Source: Raillietiella orientalis
Lineage: Eukaryota
DNA: 64,000 nucleotides
Assembly (NCBI GenBank): GCA_036172245.1
Contig: JAYWIR010000007.1
Coordinates: 1,736,001 to 1,800,000, forward strand
Direction: 5' to 3'
In this document: positions 38,701 to 51,000 of the stretch, in pieces
How positions within the stretch are numbered: the first letter of the stretch is position 1
Layout: each line of letters begins with the position of its first letter
Position numbers and translations under genes: made by a program
The notes under the pieces: generated by a model
The model's database searches: none
What the model was told of the DNA's origin: nothing
The model's input: only the letters and a program-made list of their open reading frames with translations

Positions 38701-38979
38701 CATGGCGGTGCGCGGAACCCCCTGCAAGAACGGTAGCCACGGAAACGCTCTCGTGGACTCGGAAGAAGCGGGAGGGGTCATCAGGATCCCCTTGCTTTTT
38801 CCTGGCCCAGGTCACGCGATCTGGACCGGACTTCGATTTCTGCTGCTGCTGCTGCTGCCGCCTTCCGGAACTCCCCTCCCCTCGGTCCATGATTTCTCAT
38901 CCCAGAGGGTCGCACCACTCCCTCAGCAACAAGGGGCTGTTCGTGAGGTTAGCTCCTCCCCAGGCCTCCCTATCGCATC

Positions 38980-40750
38980 TCACCCGCGTGCTCCGGAGCG
39001 TTTATTTCGAAAGTAAACATTTCATGAGAACTGTGGTTCGACCACGCACAATTTAGCGAAGACCTTCCGGGTCACCAGTTCGCACACCGGTGCGGTCCAC
39101 CACAGCAGCAGAGGGGTGGCGAGACAAAAAGCAGAAACAAAAAAATAAAAATAAATATACTTTGAGGGTGTGGGAAGGGGTCACTGTCTGCTGGTGGCGT
39201 TCCTGTGCTCCCTCTGCAGGATGTCGGCAAGATCTTGCTGGATAGTCCTGTCCAGGTGGGGCCATCGCGTTTCCATCCTGATGAAGAGGACAGCGAAGTG
39301 GTTGGGTCCTCCTGTTGCGATGCTGCATGCAGCGACGAGCCCTCTTAAGCAGCACAGGGATGCTAGGGAAGCCGCTGGCCGACGGACGTCGCGAAAGAAG
39401 AGGAGTTTTAGAGCGTCCCTGGCGTCACCGCCAGGGTTTCCTAGGGTCGCGACATAGAGTTCTCATAGTGGCCGGGGGCCAACACAATCACTGGTAGGTG
39501 GGAGAGGGATTCACGATCCCGCACCTTGCACAGTTCGGGTTCTCATCCCCCCACGTGCAGTGATGTCGGCGGACGTTGCACGGGAGACCACAGTGCAGCA
39601 GCAACAGTGCCGACTCTGGCCAATTCAAGGGAAGATGCGAATGTCTATGAGCACTTCAAGTGTTTCGACGGAACATCCAGTAGCTCGCCCAAACGCAAGA
39701 GTCCATGGGGTGTTGTACTCGGGGTCGCAGCGTTGGTGATCTGGCCCGTCTTCCACTCGCCCAGTCCTCTTCTCCTGCCGGAGATGGTCACTTTAACTTA
39801 CCATTTCGCCGCAATGCTGCTGCTCAGGTGTTCCCTGAGGGAGGGCAGCGCTGAGGCGAGGGAAGTTCTTCCTGTCCGTGCTCTTTTTCCGAAATCATCC
39901 AAGATCTCTCGAAGCGTGTGGCGGCTGTTGCGCAGAAACAGCAAACGCGCACCTGTTCCGTGCATTGCTCCTGGCTCCTCGCCCAAGTGAGGACGGTTTT
40001 TTGTAACTAGGCAAAACCGTTCGCAGGGCGGCAGGAGATCCATCCCGTGTTGCTCCTCCTCAGCGTGGCCACCCGCCAAAGCTGCAATCCGCTGTGTAGG
40101 TCTCCCGCTCGCAAAGGCACCACATTACACCAGCCAGAGCGCGCTCCAGGTTCCCGGCCCGCCCGCGGAAGGTTTGGGGTTGCTCGCTGGTCCCGAAGGG
40201 TCTCGTCCGCCCGCCCACGCACGCGCGACGTCCTCAGGGCTCCACCCTCGACCATGGAGCGGAAGCGTCGGTGTACAAAGGAGTCTCCCCCAGCCCACTT
40301 TGCCCTCATGCTCAGAGCAATCCACTCAGAGCAAGAGCCAACCTCCCCCCAGTCACTCCGGGCGTGTTCCTTCTGGTCGCTTCCCCACAAGCCATGAAGC
40401 TGCAAGGCCCGCCGCTGGACGTAGAGATCTAGAACCAGGGAAGTAACTGTCTTGGAGCAGGAAAGGACCTTCGTTCCCGCTTCTGCCGATCCTGTTAAAG
40501 GCGAGGTCAGAGGTCGCCGTCCCGGGGCGAGGTGTCTCATCAGGAATCCGGGGAACTCCGCCGGCTGAAGTTCCACCCTCCCACTCCCCTCCTCTCGCTT
40601 CGATGCGAACGTACGTGCGTCCCTCTTGGAATGAGGGCTGCGATTCCCCGGGGCATGTCCGTGCGCGATTCCTCTTTCGGGCGTCCCCGCAGTCCTGGAC
40701 GCTCGGTCGGTCGAAGGAGCCGCATCCTTTGCCAATGAGCTTTTCCCTCC
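38980..40750 (-). mobile_element. L1/Tx1-like LINE 3' fragment, copy F (longest)
   Basis: On -: WPESALLLLHCGLPCNVRRHHCTW...NPNCARCG (39520-39630), the same terminal coding segment and UTR, and an AAATAAACGCTCCGG end. The 5' boundary is uncertain. Confidence 0.6.
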
Positions 40751-42660
40751 CTGCTCCTGACGATCACACGGGCCTCCGAAGCAGCTCCTCTCCTTCAGGA
40801 AGAAGGGGGGGGCGAACTAGGAGACCTCGTAAACGCTCGGACCCTGCGCGGTCATTGAACGATGTGCCAATGTTCTCTTCCCGTGTCTCCCGCAGCTCAC
40901 GGCATCACCACTCCTTCCCCTCGAGGAGGAGGAGGAAGGTGGAGCAGTTTCTCCCCTCTCCCCTATCCTTTCCTACCCGAAGGTTTCTGAAACCTCCACT
41001 CCAGGTGGGGTCTTCGGGCGACCAACAGTACCCCAACGATCTCCTCCTCCCGGCGGGAGTCTACCGCAAGCTTCCGAGCGCGCCTGTTTGCCGAGTTTGC
41101 TTTCGTGCTGGCATGCAGGAATCCGAGATGGTGGCCAGGAGTCCCGTCGGAAAGCTGCCGCCCCGGATGGCAGTTCCGGAGCGAGGAAAGGCAGCAGCAT
41201 CTTTGTGATCGTTTTGCGCAGGCCGTTAAAGGAGAAAGCCTCTCCGAGTCCCCGCTAGATGGCAGGGCCGGGATCGCGCGCAAACTCTGGAAGTGGCTGC
41301 TAGATGGCAAGGAAAGGAGTCCGAGGTCACCGCTTACGAGGCGGAAGTCCGCCCTCCCTCCGCTACAGGTTGGAGAGAAGGGGGAGGAGGATGAGCTTCC
41401 ATCTCCCCATTCCAAGGGGAGCCCTGCGTATGCCGTTCCTTTGCATGCTCTTCCGCTTCTTCCTCATTTCATGCCTGCCAAGATACCCGCGATGAAGGGG
41501 ACGTGTCGGACACGAACGCACCCTGCCACCGTCCTCCTCCCTTGCAGAGTCCCTGTCGAGATCTCCACTCACTCTCTTTTTTTTCCTTCTTTGCCTGTCC
41601 TGAAAGTGGGACGCGGAAGGCAAGAGAGAGGCGTCTTCGAAGCGGAACGTTCAGGGGTTGCCTCACCCTCCCTTCTCCCGGAAACTCCCGGAACGAGCTC
41701 GACAGTGGACTGGCGAAAGGGCGGACGTCGCGCGAGCTCCGCGGCGGCAGAAAAAGAGAGGGAAGCAGCGCCGGGGAGTCCATACAGCACATCAGCCGAC
41801 GCAGAAGTCGGGGAATGCATGAAAGGAGAGGGGATAGGGAAAGGGGAGGGGGGGGGGTCAACCACAGAGGATCATCTCCCCCTACTCCCCTGCCGCGAAA
41901 GGGGAGCGAATTCCGGAAACCACGTTCGACCGCAGCGGTGTCTCGCGCGGCCGCAGCCCACGGTCGTCCACGAGGAGCAGCGGTGGCATGGCCGACCACC
42001 ATGCTCGTGGTTGATGGTGGTGGTCTCCCGGATCACACGGAGTTGGCGACAGGTCGCGAGAGTTCAACGGAGGGCGAGCTGCGGACAAGACCTACGCTGC
42101 TGCCGGCGGCTTGTTTTCCCTTTCTCCCCTCAGAGCAGCGCGCCATGTGGCGCCCCTCACAGAGGCTCCTCCTCCGTCCCACGCGTCGGCCGAACGCCGC
42201 TAGCATGCGGGAGGAAGGGAAGATCTCTCGCCCTTTCCCTTTCTGTTCCCAGGCGGGTGGGCAGGGAGGGCCGCACGGCGACTGGAGCGAAACCAGGAGG
42301 AGGGGAGGGGGGCAGTACTGCGGCAACCAGGAAAGGGGGAGCGGGAAGGAAGGAGCGGCGCCGCGCGGTCACCTGGGCACCTGCTGCCCAGAACCCACCG
42401 GTAGGAGCTTCGGAAAGTCAGGGAGCGAAGGTGGGTGGAGACGACGGGTATGCGTGCCCGGAGAGCGCGCACGGCAGCGCCACGCGCGAGACGACCTGAG
42501 GAGCGGCAGCGCTTGCGCGGAAACCACGTGTCTCTGCGAAGGTCCGCGCACGCGCGAGCGAGCGTTGGGAGGGGAGAACTCTGCGGAGGGGGAATGCGGC
42601 GCGCGCATCATCCGGAAACAATCCCGGAGTCCCTGCCCTCGGGAAGGGCAGAACGAGCGA

Positions 42661-42903
42661 GGAAAAGAGAGAGAGGAGGAAGGAAGGAGGAAGAAGAGGG
42701 AGGGAGGGAGGGAGGAGGAGGAGGAAGAGGAAGGGAGGGGTGAGAGGGAAGAAGAGGGAGGGAGGGAGGAGGAGGAGGAAGAGGAAGGGAGGGGTGAGAG
42801 GGAAGAAGAGGGAGGGAAGAGGAGGAGGAGGAGGAAGAAGATGGAAGAAGTGGGAAGAGGGAGAAAGAGAGGGCGGAGGAGGAGGAGGAAGGGAAGAAGA
42901 GGA
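42661..42903. repeat. Homopurine (GA-rich) tract containing a 54-bp tandem duplication
   Basis: About 240 nt almost only G/A. GGGGTGAGAGGGAAGAAGAGGGAGGGA occurs at 42737 and 42791 (period 54). Confidence 0.85.
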
Positions 42904-43439
42904 CGCGTTTCGTTAGCTCCCTGCACCCGTTCGTTTGCCCACCCCCAGCCTCGCCCCAACCCTCCCATGGAGACGGGGAGGGAGGGGGAGAGAACCCCGG
43001 CTGGCCACCACCCGCTCGCGGCCGCGACAGCCGCCGCGCACCTCTCTCCCCTCCCCCTCTCCCTCCCCCCTTCCCTTCCCTTCCCCCGCGAGAGCGGTCG
43101 CCCTTGCGCCTGCGCGAGAGCTGCGCCCGCCCGCCGCTGCCGCCGCCGCCGTCGCTGCTCTCTCTGAGCGCTGCCTGCGGTGCCGACGGCTGCTGGGATG
43201 TTGCTGCTGGCGGAGCTTCCGGGAAACCTGCGGAGCAGCGGGCCCCCGTGACTGACCCCTCCCCCTCCCCTCCTGGCGGTGCGCAGTCGACCCCGCTGCT
43301 GCCTCGAACGCGCGCGCGCGCCCGCCGGCGGATGTGCCGGCCCGCGCTCCGGCCCCTGCGGAGAAGCAGCAGCAGCAGCAGCGGAGTGCCATGTCGGGGG
43401 CCCGGAGCGGCCCGCTGCTCTGCCTGACGGATAGGGACG

Positions 43440-44210
43440 ATGCCGCCCCGCGGCCCGGGTCTCCGGCCCCGCCGCCCCCCCCACCTCGCCAGACGGAGGA
43501 GGAGGAGGACGCCGCCGGCGGCGGCGGCGACGGCCCGCCGCCCGCTCCCTTTGCCCCCGCCTTCCCGGCCCTCGACTACCCCAGCCGCCCTCCTCCGGCG
43601 GAGGCCCCGCACCCTCCCCTGCCTCCCGCTCCTCCTCCTCCTGCTGCCCCTCGGGTCCCCGGACGCGGACCCGTCCCCCCCAGCCCCTCCCGCGACCTCC
43701 GGCCCTCCTTCCCCCTCGTCCCCACCGGGCCGCCAGCCCCCTGCCTGCCCGACCTGCCGGTCCCGGAGCGGCCCCGAGCGCCATCCCTCTGAGGCGACGG
43801 GCGGGTCGCCGCCGCCGCCGCCACCACCCCGCCCTGCCCGTGACGACGACGATGCCGACGGCGGCGGCGGCGGGGACAGCGGCGACCCGTCCCGGCCCTC
43901 CGCGTGCGGGAGCGGCGGGGACGCGCAGTGCCTTCTGTGCCAGCAGCAGCAGCAGCGGCGGCGGCGGCGGCACGCGGCGGACCCGGCGACCCCGCGTTTT
44001 TGTGATCGCTTCGACCCGAGGTACAGCGGCATCCCGAAGGAGGAGGAGGAGGAGGAGGAGGAGGACCGGGAGCGGCGGGAGGAGGCGCTGCGCGGCCTGC
44101 GGGAGGCCGACCAGGCCGCGCGCAACCTCAGCGCGGCGTTCGGCCGCGTCCTCTCGCGGTACGACTGCACGATGCCCTACTCCACGCGCTTCGGCTGCCA
44201 GGACTGCACG
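43440..44210 (+). CDS. NALF1: NALCN channel auxiliary factor (NALF/FAM155/NLF-1/Mid1 family), first coding exon
   Basis: First ATG after an in-frame TGA at 43425. Arg-rich N-terminus, hydrophobic LPCLPLLLLLLPLG, then RFCDRF...ADQAARNLSAAFGRVLSRYDCTMPYSTRFGCQDCT (cf. FAM155 SFC...F..VL..Y....YS...C..DC). Phase-0 donor ACG|GTAAGA at 44211. The start codon is less certain than the 3' part. Confidence 0.85.
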
Positions 44211-46799
44211 GTAAGAGCGGCGACGGGGGAAAAAAAGGAGGGGGGGGGGGGGGAACACCACCACCACCACCCTCGCTGTGCTCCCACGGTGGGAGCGTGG
44301 GGACGCTCCAGTCGGAGTGTTTCGCGGCGATTCCTCTCCCCCCCCCCCCTCTCGGTCCGGCGGCGGCGCCCACCCCGCCAGGCAGCGCCGTCCCGCGGAC
44401 AGGGAGGGAACGCAGAGAGGAGAGGAGACAGGGTGCTTCCGGGACCACGGGGAGGAAGCGGATCCCCCCTCCCCCCTTCTCTCTGCGCGCTTCGATCCTT
44501 CCCTTCCCCTTCCTCGGATGCCTCATAGAGAGGAAGACGGGCGCACGAGCTCATTGGCCGTAACCAGGGAGACCGACCGATCTTCCTTGCCGGGCGGGCC
44601 TCCCTGGCTCGTAGGATCGGGAAGCGGGACGATCGCTGGAGGAATGTCCTGCGGTCCGTCCGCGTCCCCCCCTTCAGACCGAGCAGCCGTCGGGAAGAGG
44701 AGGGGAGTGGGGGTGGGGGCGTTTCCCGACTTCTCCCTCGCCCTCTTCCACCCTCCTCTGCTGCCCGAACGGAGCCCATGGCAACGCTCCGCGCTCTTCC
44801 AGGAGAGCAACTCCGCGTTACGCCAGGCCGCCTTCTCCGGCTACTCCCCCGCCTTCCCGGCGAGCTTTTCCCATCTCCTTGGAGACGGGGGAGATGGAGG
44901 AGGAATCCGAGCGAACGGACATCGTCGTAGGGGTGCGTGGCCGGCCCCTCGAGCGGACCCGGAGGACTTGGGCGCGTGCCCTCCGGGAGAGACCAGGTGT
45001 ACCTGCGGTTCACTCGTGGCTCGGATGTCCCGGAAAGCCCGGGAGCGAACCGGGGGCCTCGGTGAGGGGTGGACGACCTAAGGGTCTCTGCGGCTCTCCG
45101 CGACAGGAGGGGGGTTTGCAGGCGGCCTTCCGGAGCATCCTCCCAGGAAGCCCGGTCGCTCCTCCTGGAGACGAAGAGGCGTGTCCCGAGGACCGAAGGC
45201 CGCCGCCTTCGCCGGTTGTGCCCGAGGCTGTCCCGGCGCGACCCGGGCTCCGGGAGCCTGGCGGGGCTTCGCCTCCGTGGTGCCGCAACGCCGGGAGGGT
45301 GCCGCGCGTTCACGCGGGGGCGGACGTGGGTCCTGGAAGAGAGGCTGGGGACGAGGAGAGGGAGCGGAGGCACCCACGTGCGTCCAGGTCTCGTCCGTCT
45401 CCGGGCAACCCCCCTACCCCAACCCACCGGAGAAGGCGGCGTGGCTCCGCGCGACCGTTGCCAAGGCGCTTGCGACGAACAATCGGGAGAAGGGCGGGCG
45501 AGGGAGCCCCCGTTCCTCCCGGACAACCCACCATCCGTTGCTTGCCGCCTCGGGGAGCGAGTCCAGGGGTCGGCCGGAGGGGATCACCCCGGACTTTAGG
45601 AGGAGGATGAAGGGCGCAGCGGACCTCGGCCACCTTCCCGTCGTCTCCCTCCGCCAGCTGGCGCGTTCCGCCCTGGAGTCTTCGGCGACGGGTGCCTTCC
45701 CAGGAGGGGCGAAGACCCCCCAAGGAAGTGGGACCTTCTTGTCCAGCGAGTAGCCGGCTCCCGCTACTCCAGCGATCTGGAGTCTGGCAGGACGGAGCTA
45801 CGGCCAGGGGCAGGCGGTGGCAACACTGCTGCTCCCCCCCTACCCCGACATGGAAACCGCAGAGCGCCTTTCTGGCGGCGACAGAAGGCCTCGTTCCCGC
45901 AGGGCAGAAGAGCGGTCCGGCCTGGGTCTTTTGCCGTGCTCCGTCCAGGCCCTCCGGCCCGAAGCCGCAACACTCGAGCGCGTCCCTTTCTACGGAAGCA
46001 GCATCATCCTGCGTCAGGGGCCGCCCTCCTGCCCCTTTCTCCGTCCCCAGGGAACACGAGGAGGCAAACGAGGGGGGGAAAGGGCGAGGGGGTAAGGACT
46101 CCTCTCCTGCTCCGCGTCCTCCTGGGTCCCGCGAGGGCCGGGAGGGGTCTCGGGCTGGACTCCGCAGCTGCGCGCGCAGCGGCGCTCTGTCGGCCGAAGG
46201 AGGTCCCGCCCGTGGCGACTCTCCCCCCGATGCGCGCAGTGCCGCGCCGCCGCGCGAAGGATGCGTGATCGATGGCGCCGCGCCGCCGCAAGGCGCCATC
46301 GTCTCCGAGAGATGGCCTGTACCCCTTTGGAAACCATCATCCCCTCGTCCCGACGCTTCGCTCCCGAATCGAGACGTACTCGCGTCCCGAAACGCAATCG
46401 ATAGGGAACCAAGGAAGGAGGGAATCGCGGAAGCGGCAAAGCGAAGCGAAGAGTCAGGATTGCCAGGTTCCATTGGCCTTTTTTTTTTTGTCTTCCCCTC
46501 CTCCCCTCCCCCCTTCATCTTCTTTCCTTTGCGTTTCGCTTCGCCTCTCCCTGTCTGTTGCTGCGCCCGCCGGGCCGGGCCCGGCCGAGAAGGGGAGGGA
46601 GCGAGTGAGGGTTCTTCTCCCCTGAGGGCCGGAAGGAGGCGCGTCGGACGCCCCGGTGGAGATGCCGCGGCAGGCTGACCAGAGACGGGACGAGGGTACG
46701 ACCGCGGACTAGGGGGCCTCCAGACCTTTCCCCGGCGGAGGAGGGGTCCCGGAGAGAGTGGAAAAGAAGAGGCGGGGGGGGGGGGAGCGAGGAGGAGGC

Positions 46800-47450
46800 A
46801 GAACCGGAAGCCTTTCCGGTTGTCCGCCATCTTGGAGGTCGGTGGCTTCTCCCTGCGCGCTGCGGCGGAAACGGCTCCAAGACACGCGGGAGCCTCAAGG
46901 GCGGAAGCCGAGGATTCCGGGAAGGGCCCCTCCCGTCCCCCCCAACCTCCGCACCGATCTGGCGGTGGGGAGGTCGGCCCGAGTAGGGTTTTCGTGGTTC
47001 CCACGTTTCCCCGCCGACGGCAACCGCCCCGGCCCCGTCGGCGGGGGACCCGGGGGCGAGGCGGAGCTGCGAGGAAGGGAACCGCAGGTTCGGGATGCGC
47101 GCGCGCGCTGATGGCGATGGAACGGGAAGGCGCGCGGGCGGGAGGAGCGGGGGACCCTGCCGCCGCCGCCGCCGCCTCCGAGGCGGCGGCGTGTGACGTC
47201 AGCCCACATCCACGCGGGGCGGAAGTGGCTGCAGGGACGGGACGGATCAATCGGCGGCGGCGGCGGCGGCGGCGGCGGCAGCCGACGGGCAGGCGCGCGC
47301 CAGCGCCGCCGCCCACCCGCCCGCCTGGAGTGGAGCCCGGGCGGCCTCGGCGAGGGAGGTGCCCTAGTGCTGAGTCCCGTAGAAGAAGGGAGACAAGAGG
47401 GTACTCGCGCGTGGGCGGGCGGCCGCCCGAGATGGGCTATAAATGGCAGC
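46800..47450. promoter_or_regulatory. CpG-island-like segment with clustered promoter motifs inside the NALF intron
   Basis: Inverted ETS-like ACCGGAAG..TTCCGGT 46803-46820, YY1/Pho-like CCGCCATCTT 46824-46833, CRE TGACGTCA 47194-47201, GC-box/ETS GGGGCGGAAGTGG 47216-47228, TATAAA 47438-47443, plus (CCG)n/(CGG)n runs. Confidence 0.35.
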
Positions 47451-49969
47451 ACGTGCTGGAGTGGGTGCCCCCCCTCCTCCTCCTCCTCCTCCTCCCCCTT
47501 CCCAGTGGCTCTCGCAGGTCGGCGGCGGCCGCGAACGACGTGGCGGGAGGCGGCGACGGTGAGGCGGGGGAGGAGGCGAAAGGAAGGGGGGAGGAGGAGG
47601 AGGAAGACGCGCGGCCGGTCGGCTGCAATTGCAGGGAACCCGAAAATCGATCCCGGCGTGAGGAGGGGGAGGAGAGGTTCGCGGCGAGATGGACGGGAAG
47701 GAGGAAGGGAAACACCGGGAGCAGGAATTTCCGGAGCTCCTCTTCCTCGGCAGGAAGGAGAGGGAAGGGGCAGGGGGAGGGAGAACCTGTTCCTTCTCCC
47801 CTTTTGCCCCCGTCGTCCCCGCTACCGCCTTGGAGACATCCCGACGGGCGCGCGGCGTCCCGTAGAAGCGGGCAGGGAAGGGGCGTCCATTGTGGGCTTT
47901 GTTCGACGGTCCTCCCTCCCTCGCGGCTCCAGGAGACTTGGTGCTTCCTTCACGGGGGGATTCCGGGGTCGATCCCTCCCTCAGCGCGCTTGCAGAGACC
48001 ACCGCACCGCCTCTGGAAGGACGCTCCGCAGCTCCCTTGAGGACTTCTCCATCCTCCCTTCGCTCCCTCCGCCCCCTTCCTCCCACTCCCTCCGTGTCCC
48101 CTGAGCCACCGAGACCGGGAACTTCTCTCCCCCTCCCGTGCTCCCAGAAAGCCGAGCGGGACCGCTCGGCACAGCCGGGGGGGGCGCCGTAACGCGATTT
48201 CCTTCAAGAAGGCGGAGCCATTGTTAGCGGCCGCCATTTGCATAACTCGCGTTGCCACAGCGCTCGCGAGGAGCGACGCTACAACGGGGGGGGGGGAGCT
48301 GGTGAAATCACAGAGTTCCCTCCCGTTCGCGCAAGCAAGCCAGCTCTGCAAACCGGGAAAGGAAGGAAGGAGGGAGGGAGGGGGGAATCAGGTCGCGCCT
48401 GGGCCGCTTGGCGTCCGCACGCCCTTTTCCGCAAACAAATCGAGCCTTTCGTCGCGGGAAGGCTAAGCGGGTTGCATAGAAGCGGTTCCCCCGCAACCCA
48501 CATTAATTGCATCGGAGCTCGGTAAGGACGGTTCGGGGGGCGAGGGGAGAAGAGCGAAGCAGGGGAAAGGGGGAGAAAAGTTCTCCAAGAGTTCTTTTCG
48601 CCTGTTTGTCCGCGCGCGCCCTTCGGCGTGTAGCTCGACTTGGAGGATCCCCGAACAGGCGGGGCGCCACGCGCTCTATGGCACACCGGGAATCCAACCA
48701 CCGCTTCTTTCGAGGGTGCCAGCGAGCCGAGAGCGGGGACACCCGAGGAAAGGAAAGAAGGAGACGAGGGTGGGGAAAAGGGGGAAGGGGGGTGAAGAAG
48801 GGGGAGAGAACGGGGAATAAGCACCTTTGCTTTCCGAGGGAGCCGCTTCTTCCTATCAGATGGGTAAAGTCGGACTTTCCCCATGCCTCGGGAGGCGGGA
48901 GGTTTCGGTGCCTGTGGCCAAGGTGCCAACAGATCTCCCTCACCGACGCCTGCATCCGCGCCAAGACCTCAGTGAGCATTTCGGGACCGTGAATCGCTGC
49001 ATCCATGTGGTGCCGCGAAAGACGGAATCTTCCCCTCTGCATCCACCGAGGCCTGCGCCATCCGGAAGGAAGGGAGGTCGACGCAGATCGTTCGCTCATG
49101 GTCGCTCCCGGGGGCGGCGCGAACACTTGGTGGAGTGGGGTGGGGGGAATCGCACCACGCCGTCGAGTGCGTGCGTCTGCGAGTTGGGTTTCCTCTCGCC
49201 TGCGCCTCGATGCCCGCCGGCGGCGAAACCCGGCCCACACGCGTGTTCTGGTGGTGCTGCTCCCACCTCGACCGCCTGTCGGATGCCCCGGCGGCGGCAT
49301 GAGATCGTTCCTGGATGGGAACCGATGGGGCCTCCACTTCCGCGCTTTTCTCGAACCGTGTGTGGATGGTGCCTTCCCGTTGAACTCATCTCCATCCCGG
49401 AAGGGGGGAGGAGGACCGAACTCTCTGACGCTCCCTGAATTGTTGTTGAAAGGGAGGAACTATCGTCTTCGAGGGTCACTTTTACAAAAGAGAAAGAGAA
49501 GAAATGACCTCGGCGTTTCAGCCGCGTTTTCGTGCTTCGCCCGCTGCGAGTCATCGCGATCGGGCGGAAAGACTGCATCGTTATGCGAACGGAAAAACGT
49601 GGCAAAAAATAAAAAAAAAATAGTGATGATCAAGATACTAGAAAGCAGGAGAGATCTTATTTTAACATGTTTTTTGTGCGTGAAAGGGGGAGAGGGAAGG
49701 GAGGAGAGGAACAAAAAAAGAAAAAAACATGGTAAGCATAAAGTGCATTCGTCGATTCACGTCTCCATCGGAAAATGAAAAGATCGACTTTCGAGGAGAC
49801 ACGCGGCACTTGTAATGAGCCGTGGGTCGGACTCTCGGACTCTTGATGCAATTAAAGTGGTGACAATTACAAGGATGAAAAAAAAAAAAAGGAAAAGAAA
49901 AAAATCCTCGCGAATTAACCCGAACGTCTGTAACGCGACCCCAAACGCACGTTTCCATTATGGTCAAGT

Positions 49970-51000
49970 AATAAATGCGGACGCTGTCCACTAATACCGA
50001 TCTCACCGGAGGCGCGCGAATTCGGAGGATAACGAGCTGGGAACCCTGCAGACGAGAAATTTCGCTCCATCCACAAAGAGCGGAAATAACTTTTCATTAA
50101 GGAATCTGATAGTTTCAGACTGTTCCTGCGTGAAAAAAGGCACCACTTCACGAACAAATGAATACGAGATCGGTCGTTTCGGCTCGAACGAAAATTAATT
50201 GAAACAAATTTCACCTGGATCGATATTTCAGTAGGAATGTTTAAACTTCACTCGATGTCTCCCAACGTGATTCGAACACGGATGCTCGCTTCGGTGCCGA
50301 ACACCCAATTGTAATTAATTAACGCGATTTAATATTTCGTGAAATTTAATCGGAGCGAAATCGAATGGGCTAGGATCGTTTGCTTGCGCCATTTGCTTGC
50401 GGATGCTGCCTTATGGGAGAAGGGTTGCCACACTCCACCTTATTCAAGCTCTGAGGCTCAAGTAAGTTGGTGCGGCGCAGACGCACCAATATTAGGTGCT
50501 CCAGTGTTTGGTGGCTGCTTCGTGGCGCGCTGCTGGCACGAGAACACGCGAATGGTAAATATTGCTCGGAACGAATTTCCCAAATCGCATTAATCCGATT
50601 CGAACCCGAATTCGGCCGTGGCTGGCAGAAGAAGAAGTCCATCGTGTTTCGTCGTCGCCGTGTATCCTGGAAAAAAAAAGGACATCCGCTTCCCATCGCG
50701 ATGTTGAGATCGTCTCCGAATCTTCAACTGATTTGATAAGCAGGTGCAGCCACTCCTGGCTGCAGATGCTTTCGTTGTCCTGAAGGACGTCTAAAGCGGG
50801 CCAATCTAAGGGACCCGGTTCTTCAGAGCAAATGCGAGAGGCAACGGTGGTAAAATGGTTCGAATTATTGATAATACAAATAGCACTAACACGAGGACTC
50901 CCCCTTCCCCTTTCTCCTCCGATGTTTGTTTAGAGGATGCATTTCGACTTTCACCATGGCGTGACTGCTTTTACAATGCGCAACCGTACATTATCACAGC
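49970..51000 (-). mobile_element. Decayed Tc1/mariner-like transposase remnant
   Basis: ORF 50370..50696 has GCPFFFQDT (cf. IGPFFF) and APRSSHQTLEHLILVRLRR (cf. PPRSPDLTPLDFFLWGYLK). PCSNHVGRH (cf. C....G.HFE) lies near 50250-50285. Boundaries approximate. Confidence 0.4.

Noticed and set aside
45090..45500. Seventh LINE 3' fragment
   Set aside because: Weak resemblance to 28790-28850 only; the characteristic UTR and 3' end were not found.
41105..48104. Very long ORFs (464, 554, 633, 520, 449, 668, 406 aa)
   Set aside because: Low-complexity Arg/Pro/Gly/Ala translations open in several frames and on both strands, as expected from stop-codon scarcity at very high GC. Only 43440-44210 has family motifs and a splice partner.
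48503..49300. 265-aa minus ORF with a protein-like stretch (EMLTEVLARMQASVREICWHLG)
   Set aside because: No recognisable domain or splice context; flanks are low complexity.
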